Shown piece by piece: positions 36,141 through 45,540 of a stretch of DNA of 64,000 nt. Below the pieces are notes generated by a model. That model saw only the letters and a program-made list of their open reading frames with translations. It had not been told where the DNA came from and made no database searches. The translations under genes and the position numbers were made by a program. The first letter of the stretch is position 1. Each line of letters opens with the position of its first letter. This DNA comes from an uncultured Synergistaceae bacterium. Lineage in GTDB: Bacteria; Synergistota; Synergistia; Synergistales; Dethiosulfovibrionaceae. The DNA is taken from contig CAZFNC010000001.1 of assembly GCA_964520485.1 (NCBI GenBank), positions 495 to 64,494 on the forward strand, given 5' to 3'.

Positions 36141-37145
36141 ATGAACATTCTTCTCACGGGCGGAGCGGGCTATATCGGTTCACATACGGCCGTCGAGCTG
36201 CTCGAGGCGGGACACGCGGTCGTGATCGCAGACAACCTGTCGAACAGTTCGGCTTCCGTTATCGACCGCGTCGAGCGGATCACCGGCGTGCGACCGCGCT
36301 TTTATCGCATCGACGTCGCAGACGGAGAGTCGCTTTCGCGTCTTTTTGACGAGAACTCGATTGACGTGGTGATTCACTTCGCTGGTCTGAAGGCCGTCGG
36401 CGAATCGACAGTCAAACCGCTTCTCTATTACCGCGCCAATCTGGACGCGGCGTTGACGACGCTCGAAACGATGGCCGCGCATGGGTGCAGACGGTTTATT
36501 TTCAGCTCGTCGGCGACGGTGTACGGTACGGCGAACCCTGTTCCGTACACTGAAGAGATGCCCGCGGGGAAATGTTCGAATCCTTACGGCCGGACGAAGG
36601 TCATGATCGAAGAGATTCTCCGCGACATTTCCTCGGCCAGTCCGGGGTTTTCCGCGGTGATCCTGCGCTACTTTAATCCCGTCGGAGCGCACGCGTCCGG
36701 TCTGGTCGGCGAGATGCCCAACGGCACTCCCAACAATCTGATGCCCTGTCTCTGTCAGACGGCTGTCGGCAGACTGCCGCGCCTGAACGTGTTCGGCGGA
36801 GATTACTCCACGCCCGACGGAACGTGCGTGCGCGATTATATTCACGTGACCGACCTCGCGAGAGGGCACGCGGCGGCGCTTGAATACGTGTGCTCTCATA
36901 CGGGTATCGAGGTGTTCAACTTAGGCACGGGGCGCGGCAGGAGCGTGTTAGAGGTGCTGAAGACGTTTGAGCGCGTGAACGCTCTGACCCTGCCGTACGC
37001 CGTTGTTCCGCGCCGCCCGGGTGACCTTGCCGAGTGCTGGTCCGACGCGTCCAAAGCGGAACGCCTGCTGGGTTGGAAAGCGGAAAAAAGCCTCGACGAT
37101 ATGTGCCGTGATTCGTGGAACTGGACGAGAAAGGCGTTCGGATAA
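36141..37145 (+). CDS. galE: UDP-glucose 4-epimerase
   Basis: TGGAGYIGSH, HFAGLKAVGES, FSSSATVYG, YGRTK, LRYFNP, RDYIHV. Confidence 0.97.
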   Translation: MNILLTGGAGYIGSHTAVELLEAGHAVVIADNLSNSSASVIDRVERITGVRPRFYRIDVADGESLSRLFDENSIDVVIHFAGLKAVGESTVKPLLYYRANLDAALTTLETMAAHGCRRFIFSSSATVYGTANPVPYTEEMPAGKCSNPYGRTKVMIEEILRDISSASPGFSAVILRYFNPVGAHASGLVGEMPNGTPNNLMPCLCQTAVGRLPRLNVFGGDYSTPDGTCVRDYIHVTDLARGHAAALEYVCSHTGIEVFNLGTGRGRSVLEVLKTFERVNALTLPYAVVPRRPGDLAECWSDASKAERLLGWKAEKSLDDMCRDSWNWTRKAFG

Positions 37146-37187
37146 AAAACTGCGGCCTTTCTTTATGGAAACATTCTGGAGGACGTT

Positions 37188-39410
37188 GTGGAAGGAATGT
37201 CTCGTTTGTACGGAAAGTCAGCGTTTGCGCTGTGGTGGCTCGTGATCGCGGCGTGCCTGTCCGCGGTGTGCTATTTCTTTTTCGGCGGACAGGAGACTTT
37301 TTTTTGGGGAAACGCCGTCTGCGTGGCGGCCGCGTCCTTTCATCTGGCACGTCTGATCGCGGATGCCGTGAAAGGGAACAAGACGACGGGTGTGTACGAC
37401 TGGCTCGCGACCTTTCTGTGCCTGTTTCTGTTCTGGGTGCTGTTCATCAGCCTTCAAGACGGCGAACTGCAGAGGAGCATGACGCGGGCGAGCTTTGCCG
37501 AGTTTGACGATTATTTGTCGCCGAACGTCGTGATGTTGTGCGCGCTTCTCGCGTCGTCCTTCTGGCTCTACGGCGATAAGGTTCTGGACCGCCTCCCCGC
37601 CCGCGGCGAACGTCTCTACGGGATGTTTCTGTTCCTGACGCCTTTTCTCTGTCTCTTCATCAGCGAAACGGCGTGCAACACGAACGTCACGGCGTTTCGT
37701 CCGTTCTGCGTCATGTTAAATCTGGCTCTCTGGGCGATTTTGGAAATCGCGCTTGTCTGTCTCCTGCCGAGGTGTTCCTCGGGATTGCTCCTGCTCTATG
37801 CTTTTGCGCTGTTTTCAGGTTCGGTGAACCATTATCTGATCCGTTTCCGCAACAGTCCCCTGATGGCCGTCGACATGCTTTCCCTCTCGGCGGCGAAAGC
37901 GGTGTGGCTGAACTACTCGTATCTTTTAAACGCGCGTCTGGCCGTCGCAGTCATCTCCGCTTTCGCGTGCGCCGGTTTCGCCGTAGTCCTGACGCGCCGC
38001 GTTCATCCCTTTAAAAACGCGTCGGCGGCTCTCAAACGATGGCTGTTCGCTGTCGGCGTGCTCGCGGCCGCGGGCGGGGCCGCGTGGGCTTTGGGCGTCG
38101 ATTTCGCGCGGGCGTATAATGTTCCCGTCATATGGCCGAACATCATGTACTCCGACAACGGGATGCTCGTCGCCTTTATCGCCTCGTACCATCAGATCAA
38201 GGACGCCCCTCCGCCGCCCGCGGGGTATACCCGCGACGAAGCGCGCGAGATCCTGAACGCGCGGGATGTCCGTCCTGAAACTCAAACGACTCCCTGGAAC
38301 GGCGAAAAGCCGGTGATCCTCGTCGTCATGAACGAGGCGTTCGGCGACCTGAGCGTGCTGGGGCCTCTTGAGTGCACGAAGGAGCACCTGAAGTTTTTCA
38401 ACTCGATGGCGGACGATCCCTGCACGCTCGAGTTCGGCCTGAATTTCGTGTCAACGTACGGCGGCGGGACGGCGAAAACCGAATTTGAGTACTTGACAGG
38501 TTTCTCCCACGCGTGGCTTCCCGGCGCGATCCCCTATTCCCAGTTTGATTTCTCGGACGTGCCAACGATGGCCAAATACCTGAAGAAGATGGGGTACGTC
38601 ACGATCGCCATGCACCCGGAAAACCCCTACAACTGGCGCAGGAACGCCGCCTATCCGGCCATGGGATTCGACCGATTTGTCTCCATCGGGGAGTTCGAGG
38701 GATACGAGCGGACGATACGAAATCAGGTCAGCGACTGGGGAAATTACAGAAAGATCCTCGACGTGCTCGGCGAATACGCTGGCCCCGTGTTCCTGTTCAA
38801 CGTGACGATGCAGAACCATGGGGGGTATGATATTGAGGAGTTTGAGGAGAAGCGTCGCGCCGGCGTTGACGAGAAGTACAGGGAAAACGGCGAACTTCGC
38901 GCTTACGAGACGCTTTTGCTCGAGTCGGACGCCGCCTTGCGGCGCCTGGTCGATGTTCTGCGGGAAGAGAAACGTCCCGTCGTGCTGTGCTTTTTCGGCG
39001 ATCACCAGCCGATGATGAGTGCGGATTTTGTCGATCAGCTGCTCAAGGACGGCAGGAAAGAGAGCGATACGGAGTTGTCGCTCGTGCAGAAAACGTTCAC
39101 CGTACCGTATTTTATCTGGACGAACTCGCCTGAACTCGCGAAACGGAGAAAGACGCCGCTTCAAAAGAGCGTGATCAGCGCGAACTATCTCGGGATCGAG
39201 ACGCTTGTCCTGTCGGGACTGCCTCGGTCTGATTACGAGAACTTTCTTCTCGGGGTTAAAGAAATAATTCCGGCGATCAACGAGTACGGTTACTTGAACG
39301 GGCGGGGGGCGTGGAGCGCGATCGCCGAAGGACGCGCGTCAGAGTCGAGGTTGAGAGAGTACGAGTTCGTGCAGTATTACAGAATGTTTGACTCGGCCGG
39401 GAGCGACTAG
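37188..39410 (+). CDS. LTA synthase family (alkaline phosphatase/sulfatase superfamily) membrane protein
   Basis: Multi-TM N-terminus; VMNEAFGD, GGGTAKTEFEYLTG (catalytic Thr), TMQNHGGY, FFGDHQP. Confidence 0.85.
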   Translation: MEGMSRLYGKSAFALWWLVIAACLSAVCYFFFGGQETFFWGNAVCVAAASFHLARLIADAVKGNKTTGVYDWLATFLCLFLFWVLFISLQDGELQRSMTRASFAEFDDYLSPNVVMLCALLASSFWLYGDKVLDRLPARGERLYGMFLFLTPFLCLFISETACNTNVTAFRPFCVMLNLALWAILEIALVCLLPRCSSGLLLLYAFALFSGSVNHYLIRFRNSPLMAVDMLSLSAAKAVWLNYSYLLNARLAVAVISAFACAGFAVVLTRRVHPFKNASAALKRWLFAVGVLAAAGGAAWALGVDFARAYNVPVIWPNIMYSDNGMLVAFIASYHQIKDAPPPPAGYTRDEAREILNARDVRPETQTTPWNGEKPVILVVMNEAFGDLSVLGPLECTKEHLKFFNSMADDPCTLEFGLNFVSTYGGGTAKTEFEYLTGFSHAWLPGAIPYSQFDFSDVPTMAKYLKKMGYVTIAMHPENPYNWRRNAAYPAMGFDRFVSIGEFEGYERTIRNQVSDWGNYRKILDVLGEYAGPVFLFNVTMQNHGGYDIEEFEEKRRAGVDEKYRENGELRAYETLLLESDAALRRLVDVLREEKRPVVLCFFGDHQPMMSADFVDQLLKDGRKESDTELSLVQKTFTVPYFIWTNSPELAKRRKTPLQKSVISANYLGIETLVLSGLPRSDYENFLLGVKEIIPAINEYGYLNGRGAWSAIAEGRASESRLREYEFVQYYRMFDSAGSD

Positions 39411-39624
39411 AGAGCGGAGCTAAACTCTCTCGCCGATGACCGCTTGCTTTGTCGGCGGCGCTTCCCTTCGCCGTCGAAAGGAGACGCCGTAAACCGGCGG
39501 AATGACGCGAAACGCTCCCGTATGGGCGGGGCGTTTAAACTTCGTCTGTGCCCCTTTGCGAAACGATCCGTTTCTTCGCCGTACTTTACGCGATCCATTT
39601 TCAGTTTGAGGAGGTCTTTTAAGG

Positions 39625-40185
39625 ATGAGTCCTGTCGTTTACGGTCTTATTGTCGCTGCGCTGGTCGCCCTCTGGGGCGTCTGCGTTTACAACCGCTGCG
39701 TGCGCCTGAAGGCGCGCAAGGACGAAGGATGGAGCGGCATCCTCGTTCAGCTGAAACGCCGTCACGACCTGATCCCCAATCTTGTGGCGTCCGCGCAGGG
39801 GCTGGCGGGTCATGAAAAGGGGCTGATGGAGTCGGTCACGCGGGCGCGCGCGGCTCAGGGGGCGTCTTCCGTCGCCGAGGTGGCGGACGCCGAAAACGCG
39901 CTCACACAGGCTCTGGGACGCTTTATCGCCGTCGCGGAAAGTTATCCGCAGATCAAGGCCGACTCGGCGTTCACACAGCTGATGGATCAGCTGAGCAAGC
40001 TGGAGGACGACATCCAGCTCGCGCGGCGCTATTACAACGGCACGGTGCGCGAGTACAACATCGGCGTGCAGTCGTTCCCCTCGCGCCTGATCGCGTCCCT
40101 GTGCGGATACGCTCCGGCGGAGTTCTTCGAACTCGCATCCGATGCCGAGGCCGAAGTTCCGAAAGTGGCTTTCCCGCAGGCGTAA
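39625..40185 (+). CDS. lemA: LemA family protein
   Basis: N-terminal TM; QLKRRHDLIPNLV, ESYPQIKAD, ARRYYNGTVREYN, FPSRLIA. Confidence 0.93.
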   Translation: MSPVVYGLIVAALVALWGVCVYNRCVRLKARKDEGWSGILVQLKRRHDLIPNLVASAQGLAGHEKGLMESVTRARAAQGASSVAEVADAENALTQALGRFIAVAESYPQIKADSAFTQLMDQLSKLEDDIQLARRYYNGTVREYNIGVQSFPSRLIASLCGYAPAEFFELASDAEAEVPKVAFPQA

Positions 40186-40264
40186 ACAACGGCTCTGCCG
40201 CCCCGCGTGCCCTTTGTGGACGCTTTCGGGCGCCAAAAAATGTCATGATTTCGAGGTGGTGTCC

Positions 40265-40561
40265 GTGAACGAGAAATGGAAAACGCGTCTTGCGACCGCC
40301 TGGGAGTGGACGCGGCTGTTTTTTTACGGCGCGTCGTTTGACAAGCGCATGGGCGTCGTCCGCAAGGAAGCGAACGACGTTAACGACGAAGTGCTTTTGC
40401 TGCTTTTCGGCGATTTGCTGGGGATTCCCAACCCGCTTTCCTACTATATGATGGAACTGCTCCCCTACGTGGCGGGGGATCTGCCCGGCTGGGAGCGGCG
40501 TATGATGAACAGGGAAATGATCATGGCCGAGAAGGCCGGACAGTACGGGTTTGACGGCTGA
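40265..40561 (+). CDS. Small conserved hypothetical protein of the type found upstream of ArsA-like ATPases
   Basis: 98 aa; GAGGTG SD; motif LLLLFGDLLGIPNPLSYYMMELLP; 14 nt before the ATPase gene. Confidence 0.75.
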   Translation: MNEKWKTRLATAWEWTRLFFYGASFDKRMGVVRKEANDVNDEVLLLLFGDLLGIPNPLSYYMMELLPYVAGDLPGWERRMMNREMIMAEKAGQYGFDG

Positions 40562-40575
40562 AAGGAGCGCACGCG

Positions 40576-41520
40576 ATGTCTTTTAAACGGTTCACGTTCT
40601 TCGGCGGCAAGGGCGGTACGGGGAAAACGACGTCCTCCTCGGCCTACGCGCTTCATCTGGCCAGAAACGGCGTGCGCACGCTGGCCGTGTCGACCGATCC
40701 CGCGCACTCGCTGGCCGACGCCTTCGGCACAAAGATCGGTAGCTCCGTCGTCAAGCTGGAGGACAACCTCAGCGCGATTGAGGTCGACGCCGCGCTGGAA
40801 GCGAAAAAGTACATGGAAGGCGTTCGGGAACAAATGCGCAAAATAGTCAGCCCCGCGATCGTCGCCGAACTGGAACAGCAGCTGCGCGTAGCTTACGTTT
40901 CGCCCGGCGCGGAGGAGTCGGCCATCTTTGACTGCTTCGTCGACCTGATGGAGAAAGCGGGAAAGGAATACGACGCGATCGTCTTCGACACAGCGCCCAC
41001 GGGACACACGCTGAGACTGCTGACTCTCCCCGAAGTGTTGGGCGTCTGGATGGAACACCTGCTGGCGAAGCGGAGCAAAGCGATTGAGATGTTCAAGATC
41101 GCCTCGCATTACGAGCCCGACCTGGCCGAAAAGATCAAGAACGACCCTGTGCTGAGTCTGCTTCAGAAGCGCCGTGACCGTTTCAGCCGCGCGCGTGAAC
41201 TGCTGACCGACCGCGAAAGCACGACGTTCCACTTCGTCCTCAACGCCGAAAAACTGGCCGTGCTCGAGACCGAGCGCGCCGTCGCCGCGATGAACGAGTA
41301 CAAGATCGGCGTCGGCACGCTGATCGTCAACAGGATTCTGCCGCCGGAAACTGGTCCGTTCTTCGAGAGACGCCGCAAGCAGCAGGAGCGGTATCTTGAG
41401 CAGATCAAGGCGGAGTTCGGCGCATACGGCGTGATCCGGATTCCCATGCTCGACAGCGACATCGAGGGAATGGCGGAACTCGAAAAGATCGCGCCGATGG
41501 TGGCCGTGCTCGACGGTTAG
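40576..41520 (+). CDS. ArsA/TRC40/Get3 family ATPase (single domain)
   Basis: GKGGTGKTT deviant Walker A, STDPAHSL, DTAPTGHTLRLL, IVNRILP. Confidence 0.92.
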   Translation: MSFKRFTFFGGKGGTGKTTSSSAYALHLARNGVRTLAVSTDPAHSLADAFGTKIGSSVVKLEDNLSAIEVDAALEAKKYMEGVREQMRKIVSPAIVAELEQQLRVAYVSPGAEESAIFDCFVDLMEKAGKEYDAIVFDTAPTGHTLRLLTLPEVLGVWMEHLLAKRSKAIEMFKIASHYEPDLAEKIKNDPVLSLLQKRRDRFSRARELLTDRESTTFHFVLNAEKLAVLETERAVAAMNEYKIGVGTLIVNRILPPETGPFFERRRKQQERYLEQIKAEFGAYGVIRIPMLDSDIEGMAELEKIAPMVAVLDG

Positions 41521-41523
41521 CGC

Positions 41524-42018
41524 TCAGCGCGACTCGACACAGCGGCGCACGACCGCGTACTTTGCGCGGAGATCGTCGAACGACACAGCGCAGTTGGCCG
41601 GGCTGGTCGAGGGCAGTCGGACGGCGGGGATTCCCGTTTTCGGCTCGATCAGCCGGCGGTACAGAGACGCCGCGCGAGTTCCCGTGCAGAATATGGCGCG
41701 GATGGGCGCGCGGTCTAGCACGACCGACAGATCGTTGGCGACGGGATTTCGGATGCTGGCGTCGCTCGCGCCCGTGATCTCGCACGAACGGAGCACGTCC
41801 CACAGCGCGACGCGGCAGCCGATGACAAAGGCTCGCCGTTCGGGGACGCTCGCGGGGAAAGGCTTTTCAAAGACGGCGGCGAGGACCTTCCAGAAACGGT
41901 TTTGCGGGTGCGCGTAATAAAAACGCGCCTCGCGCGATTTCGGCGACGGCATCGTGCCGAGGATCAAAGCGCGGGAGTTCTCGTCGAACAACGGTTCCAA
42001 CGGATGGACTATGAGCAT
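41524..42018 (-). CDS. DNA-deoxyinosine glycosylase (UDG superfamily, HDG-like)
   Basis: LILGTMPSPKS, FYYAHPQNRFW, ALWDVL, LPSTSPAN. Confidence 0.88.
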   Translation of the reverse strand: MLIVHPLEPLFDENSRALILGTMPSPKSREARFYYAHPQNRFWKVLAAVFEKPFPASVPERRAFVIGCRVALWDVLRSCEITGASDASIRNPVANDLSVVLDRAPIRAIFCTGTRAASLYRRLIEPKTGIPAVRLPSTSPANCAVSFDDLRAKYAVVRRCVESR

Positions 42019-42396
42019 TTTTTATCTCCGGTCATGAAAAGATAGCGTCATTATACAGCGCCGCAAGAATCGGAGGGCGCGAACATGGACGGGACCGTCG
42101 GAAGAACAGGCGGTCTCGTTTTTGTGCGTGCAAAAAAGTTTGAGCGGCAGTCCGTTTGCGCCTGCGCTGACTTTAAATGGAGGAAAGCGCTCGGGGAGCC
42201 CGCCGTGAACGGCGTCCCGTGACTTTGGGGACAGCGCGGGAAAAACGTTCCGCTCTCCCTTCCGCACAAAACGCCGTGACCTTGCTCTTTTACCGTGAGC
42301 GGCCGGACAAATCGGTGCTAAAATTGGAGAAAACGACACTATTGAAAAGACGCCAGTCCTTTTACACTGTGTTCTGGGAGGGGAGAACTGATTGCC

Positions 42397-43140
42397 ATGT
42401 CTCTGATGTACACGCGAACATTTGTCGTTCCGTTGTCCGAGGTGACGCCCGGATACGCGTTGAAGCCTTTCCATATGCTCAACATGTTCCAGGACGCCGC
42501 GGACGGCGCAGTCGAAGCGATCAACCCGCCGCCCGGCTATTGGACAAACGGCTGCGGCTGGATGCTGCTTCAGTACACGATTCGCCTGAATAAGCCGCTG
42601 ATGGCGGGCGACCGCGTGACCGTCAACACGGGGCACAGACCTTTTCGCGATCTCTATTCAGTACGCCGGTTCGACTTTTACGGCGATGACGGCGTCCAGT
42701 TCGGGACGGCTGACAGCAAGTGGTGTTATGTCGATCTGGCAAAGCGCCGTCCCCTGCGCCTGAGCCGAGCGCTGCCGCGCGTTTTTATGGAGTGCGCAGA
42801 AGACGCGCTTGAGCCTCGTTTTGTCGATCCGCCGCCGCTTGACCGCGTCGACCTGTCGACAAGGCTTCGCGTGCGGCTGGGCGAGCTTGACGTGAACGGC
42901 CACGTGAACAACGCCTACTATCTGAGCTGGGCGGCTGAGTCCGTACCGCAGGAAGTCTACCTGAACTGCGGCATCGTCGACGCGGACATCGTCTATAAGC
43001 ATGAAGCGGTTGGCGGCATGGATCTGCTCGTGGAGACGCAGCGCGACGGGCTCAGCTTCAGACACCGCATCACTTGCGGCGATACGCTGATCGCCTTCTT
43101 CGCCACCCGCTGGGAAGAGCTTCCGGAGCGTCGGTCATGA
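42397..43140 (+). CDS. Acyl-ACP thioesterase (double hot-dog)
   Basis: NMFQDAA, SKWCYVDL..RRPLR, ELDVNGHVNNAYY, IVYKHE. Confidence 0.9.
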   Translation: MSLMYTRTFVVPLSEVTPGYALKPFHMLNMFQDAADGAVEAINPPPGYWTNGCGWMLLQYTIRLNKPLMAGDRVTVNTGHRPFRDLYSVRRFDFYGDDGVQFGTADSKWCYVDLAKRRPLRLSRALPRVFMECAEDALEPRFVDPPPLDRVDLSTRLRVRLGELDVNGHVNNAYYLSWAAESVPQEVYLNCGIVDADIVYKHEAVGGMDLLVETQRDGLSFRHRITCGDTLIAFFATRWEELPERRS

Positions 43141-44009
43141 TCGCGGCGGCAGACATTGGAGGGCATACGCTGACCGTCGGACTCGTCGACGGCGGCGTAG
43201 TCAGGTTCAAAAAGACAGTGCCGACGCCCCCTTCGCGCACGCCGAGGGACATCTGCTCTGAGATCGAGTCTTTGCTCGCCGGGTTCGGCGCTGCGAGCGG
43301 AGTTCCTCTTGCCGTCGGTGTGCCGGGGTTCGTCGTCGACGGCGTGAGAGTGGAAAACTGCCCCAACCTGTGCGGCTGGGAGAACGTGACTGCGGACGTG
43401 CTGACCGATCTCACGCGGCGCCGCGCGGTTCTTTCCAACGACTGCGACCTGTTCGCCCTGGGAGAGATGAGCCGCGGCGCCGCCAGGGAACTTGACAGTT
43501 TTATTCTCATGACGCTGGGGACGGGAGTCGGCGGTTCGGTCGTGATCGATCGCAGGATCGTGCGCGGCGCGCACGGGCGCACCGGTGAAGTCGGACATTT
43601 TCCGCTGCTTGAGGATCGCGGCTGCGGCTGCGGCGGGCGGGGACATCTGGAGTGTTTCTTTTCGGCCGCCGCGCTTGAACGCGCGGGCGAACGTTCAGGC
43701 TGCGGCCGCGACATGCGCGTCCTGTGGGAGAACAGGGAGAACGCATGGCTGGCACGCCCGTTCGCGGATGCTCTGCGGGCGCTCGCCTGCGTCGTCTCTT
43801 CGTTGACGTGCCTTCTCGACCCCGAAGCGATCGTCTTCGGCGGGGGGCTCTCGAACCTCGAAGGCCTGTTTGACGATCTGCGTGACTACATGTTCCCGCT
43901 GCTGCCGCCCGCGTACCGCCCGGGGCCGCCGCTGCTGAAAGCCGCGCTGGGCACGGACGCGCCTCTTCTCGGCGGCGAGATCCTGCTCGGTAACGGCCCG
44001 CGCGTGTGA
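43137..44009 (+). CDS. ROK family protein (sugar-kinase-like, no HTH)
   Basis: ADIGG, NDCDLFALGE, LGTGVGG, GEVGH...CGCGGRGHLE; ATGA overlap with thioesterase. Confidence 0.88.
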   Translation: MIAAADIGGHTLTVGLVDGGVVRFKKTVPTPPSRTPRDICSEIESLLAGFGAASGVPLAVGVPGFVVDGVRVENCPNLCGWENVTADVLTDLTRRRAVLSNDCDLFALGEMSRGAARELDSFILMTLGTGVGGSVVIDRRIVRGAHGRTGEVGHFPLLEDRGCGCGGRGHLECFFSAAALERAGERSGCGRDMRVLWENRENAWLARPFADALRALACVVSSLTCLLDPEAIVFGGGLSNLEGLFDDLRDYMFPLLPPAYRPGPPLLKAALGTDAPLLGGEILLGNGPRV

Positions 44010-44086
44010 GACTGACCCCTGTTGTTTTTCGCGGTCAACCCGTAGTGTGCCCGCATCATCTCATCATGTCAAAGGAGAGACGGCCG

Positions 44087-44884
44087 ATGAAGAAAGCTTG
44101 CGTCCTTTTACTGGCGCTGACGGCACTCGTTTCCGCGGCCTGCGCGCGTCCCCGTGTCGAGAGAAGACTCATTCCCGTCCCTGGTCCCCGCCCGATTCCC
44201 GATGTGAAGCTGCCCGCGCTGACGCACGCCCACACGTCCGAATGTCCGTCGCTGGACACGAACAAAGCTCACATCGTCTGTATCCTCGACCGTTCTGGCT
44301 CGATGCAGCCTCTGACAGGGGACACGATCGGCGGATATAACTCTTTTATCGAAAAGCAGCGCGCCGAAGCAGGGACTGCCAAGGTGACGACAGTGCTGTT
44401 TGACGACCGTTACGAGACGCTCTGCGACGGGGAAGCGATCGCCGACGTCAAGCCCCTGACAGAGAAGGAATACTACGCGCGCGGTACAACAGCGCTGTTG
44501 GACGCGGTAGGCTCGACGATTTTGCGGATAGACGCCGCTTTTAAAAAGACGGGGATCTGCCCGCGTTCCGAGCTCGTCATCTTCATGATCATGACGGACG
44601 GGCTTGAGAACGCCAGCCGTGAATTTAACCGCGCCGCCGTGAAAAAACTGGTGAGCGACGCGCAGGAAATGTACGGCTGGAAGTTCATTTTCATGGGCGC
44701 GAACATCGATTCCGCCGCAGAAGCCGGTTCGATTGGGATTGGGCGCCAGGGCGCCATGGACTACGCGGCCGACTCCGCCGGCGTGGGAGCGGCTTATGAG
44801 AGCGCCGGATCCGCCGTGCGTTCGTTCCGCGCGGGAGGAAGACTCGACGATTCATGGAAAAAAGCGCCCGCGCCGGAAAAATAG
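44087..44884 (+). CDS. vWA domain protein with N-terminal signal or lipoprotein peptide
   Basis: MKK + hydrophobic + SAAC; Pro-rich linker; MIDAS DRSGS...TALLD...TDGLENAS. Confidence 0.85.
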   Translation: MKKACVLLLALTALVSAACARPRVERRLIPVPGPRPIPDVKLPALTHAHTSECPSLDTNKAHIVCILDRSGSMQPLTGDTIGGYNSFIEKQRAEAGTAKVTTVLFDDRYETLCDGEAIADVKPLTEKEYYARGTTALLDAVGSTILRIDAAFKKTGICPRSELVIFMIMTDGLENASREFNRAAVKKLVSDAQEMYGWKFIFMGANIDSAAEAGSIGIGRQGAMDYAADSAGVGAAYESAGSAVRSFRAGGRLDDSWKKAPAPEK

Positions 44885-44953
44885 GCGGCTTGGCGTCAGC
44901 CGCGCGAGAAGAGTTTTCTGTTTTTGTTTTTTTCGGGAGGAGAACCTTTGGAC

Positions 44954-45415
44954 ATGAAAAAATTTGCCGCGCTGCTGTGCGCGCTGTTTGTTCTCGCGGC
45001 GCCCGCCTGGGCCCAAAAGGAGCGCTGGGAAGTCGGGGCGGTCGATACGGCCTTCAAGTTGCTGGGACCGAATCACAAGGTCGTCGTCGAGGCGTTCCGC
45101 GACCCCGATTTTCCGTCGATCGTCTGCTACGTTTCCTACGCCAAGGCAGGCGGCATTTCGGGCGCCGTGGGACTGGCCGAGGATCCTGCGCGCTTTTCCC
45201 TCTCCATCGTCAGGACGGCCGCGACTCCGGTCGTCCCCGATAGGGGGCAAAAGAAAGAGACCGAAGTGTTCAAGTCGCGATCCGCGTTTTTCCGCAAGAT
45301 GAAGGTCGTTCGTTTCTACGACGGCGAGACGGACTGTTTCGTCTACTGCGCCACCTCGACCCTTCTTTTGGACGGCAGTCCTTTCAACGCGATCGCCGTC
45401 GTGCCGCTGAACTGA
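44954..45415 (+). CDS. CreA family protein (exported)
   Basis: Signal peptide; VDTAFKLLGPNHKVVVEAFRDP, CYVSYAKAGG, GLAEDP. Confidence 0.85.
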   Translation: MKKFAALLCALFVLAAPAWAQKERWEVGAVDTAFKLLGPNHKVVVEAFRDPDFPSIVCYVSYAKAGGISGAVGLAEDPARFSLSIVRTAATPVVPDRGQKKETEVFKSRSAFFRKMKVVRFYDGETDCFVYCATSTLLLDGSPFNAIAVVPLN

Positions 45416-45482
45416 ACGACGCCGCGTTTTCGGCACAGCGCGTCGCGGTCGTTTTTCGCGGGGAGCGGCTGATTTTAAGCCC

Positions 45483-45511
45483 TTGACAAATACCCAGTAG
45501 GGGTATATTAT
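45483..45511 (+). promoter_or_regulatory. Promoter with CsoR operator
   Basis: TTGACA-N17-TATTAT with palindrome ATACCC-AGTAG-GGGTAT (45490-45506) in the spacer, matching the known CsoR TACC/G-tract type. Confidence 0.88.
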
Positions 45512-45540
45512 CTCTGTGACGACGAAGGGGGCGATTTTCG

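Noticed and set aside
39418-39545. Structured ncRNA between LTA synthase and lemA
   Set aside because: Only short GC-rich hairpins expected by chance or as terminators; no diagnostic motif
40559-40575. Selenocysteine read-through of the small protein's TGA
   Set aside because: No SECIS-like hairpin; the next gene's SD (AAGGAG) follows immediately
40576-41520. Arsenic-resistance ArsA
   Set aside because: Single domain, metalloid-binding Cys/His set absent, no ars partners
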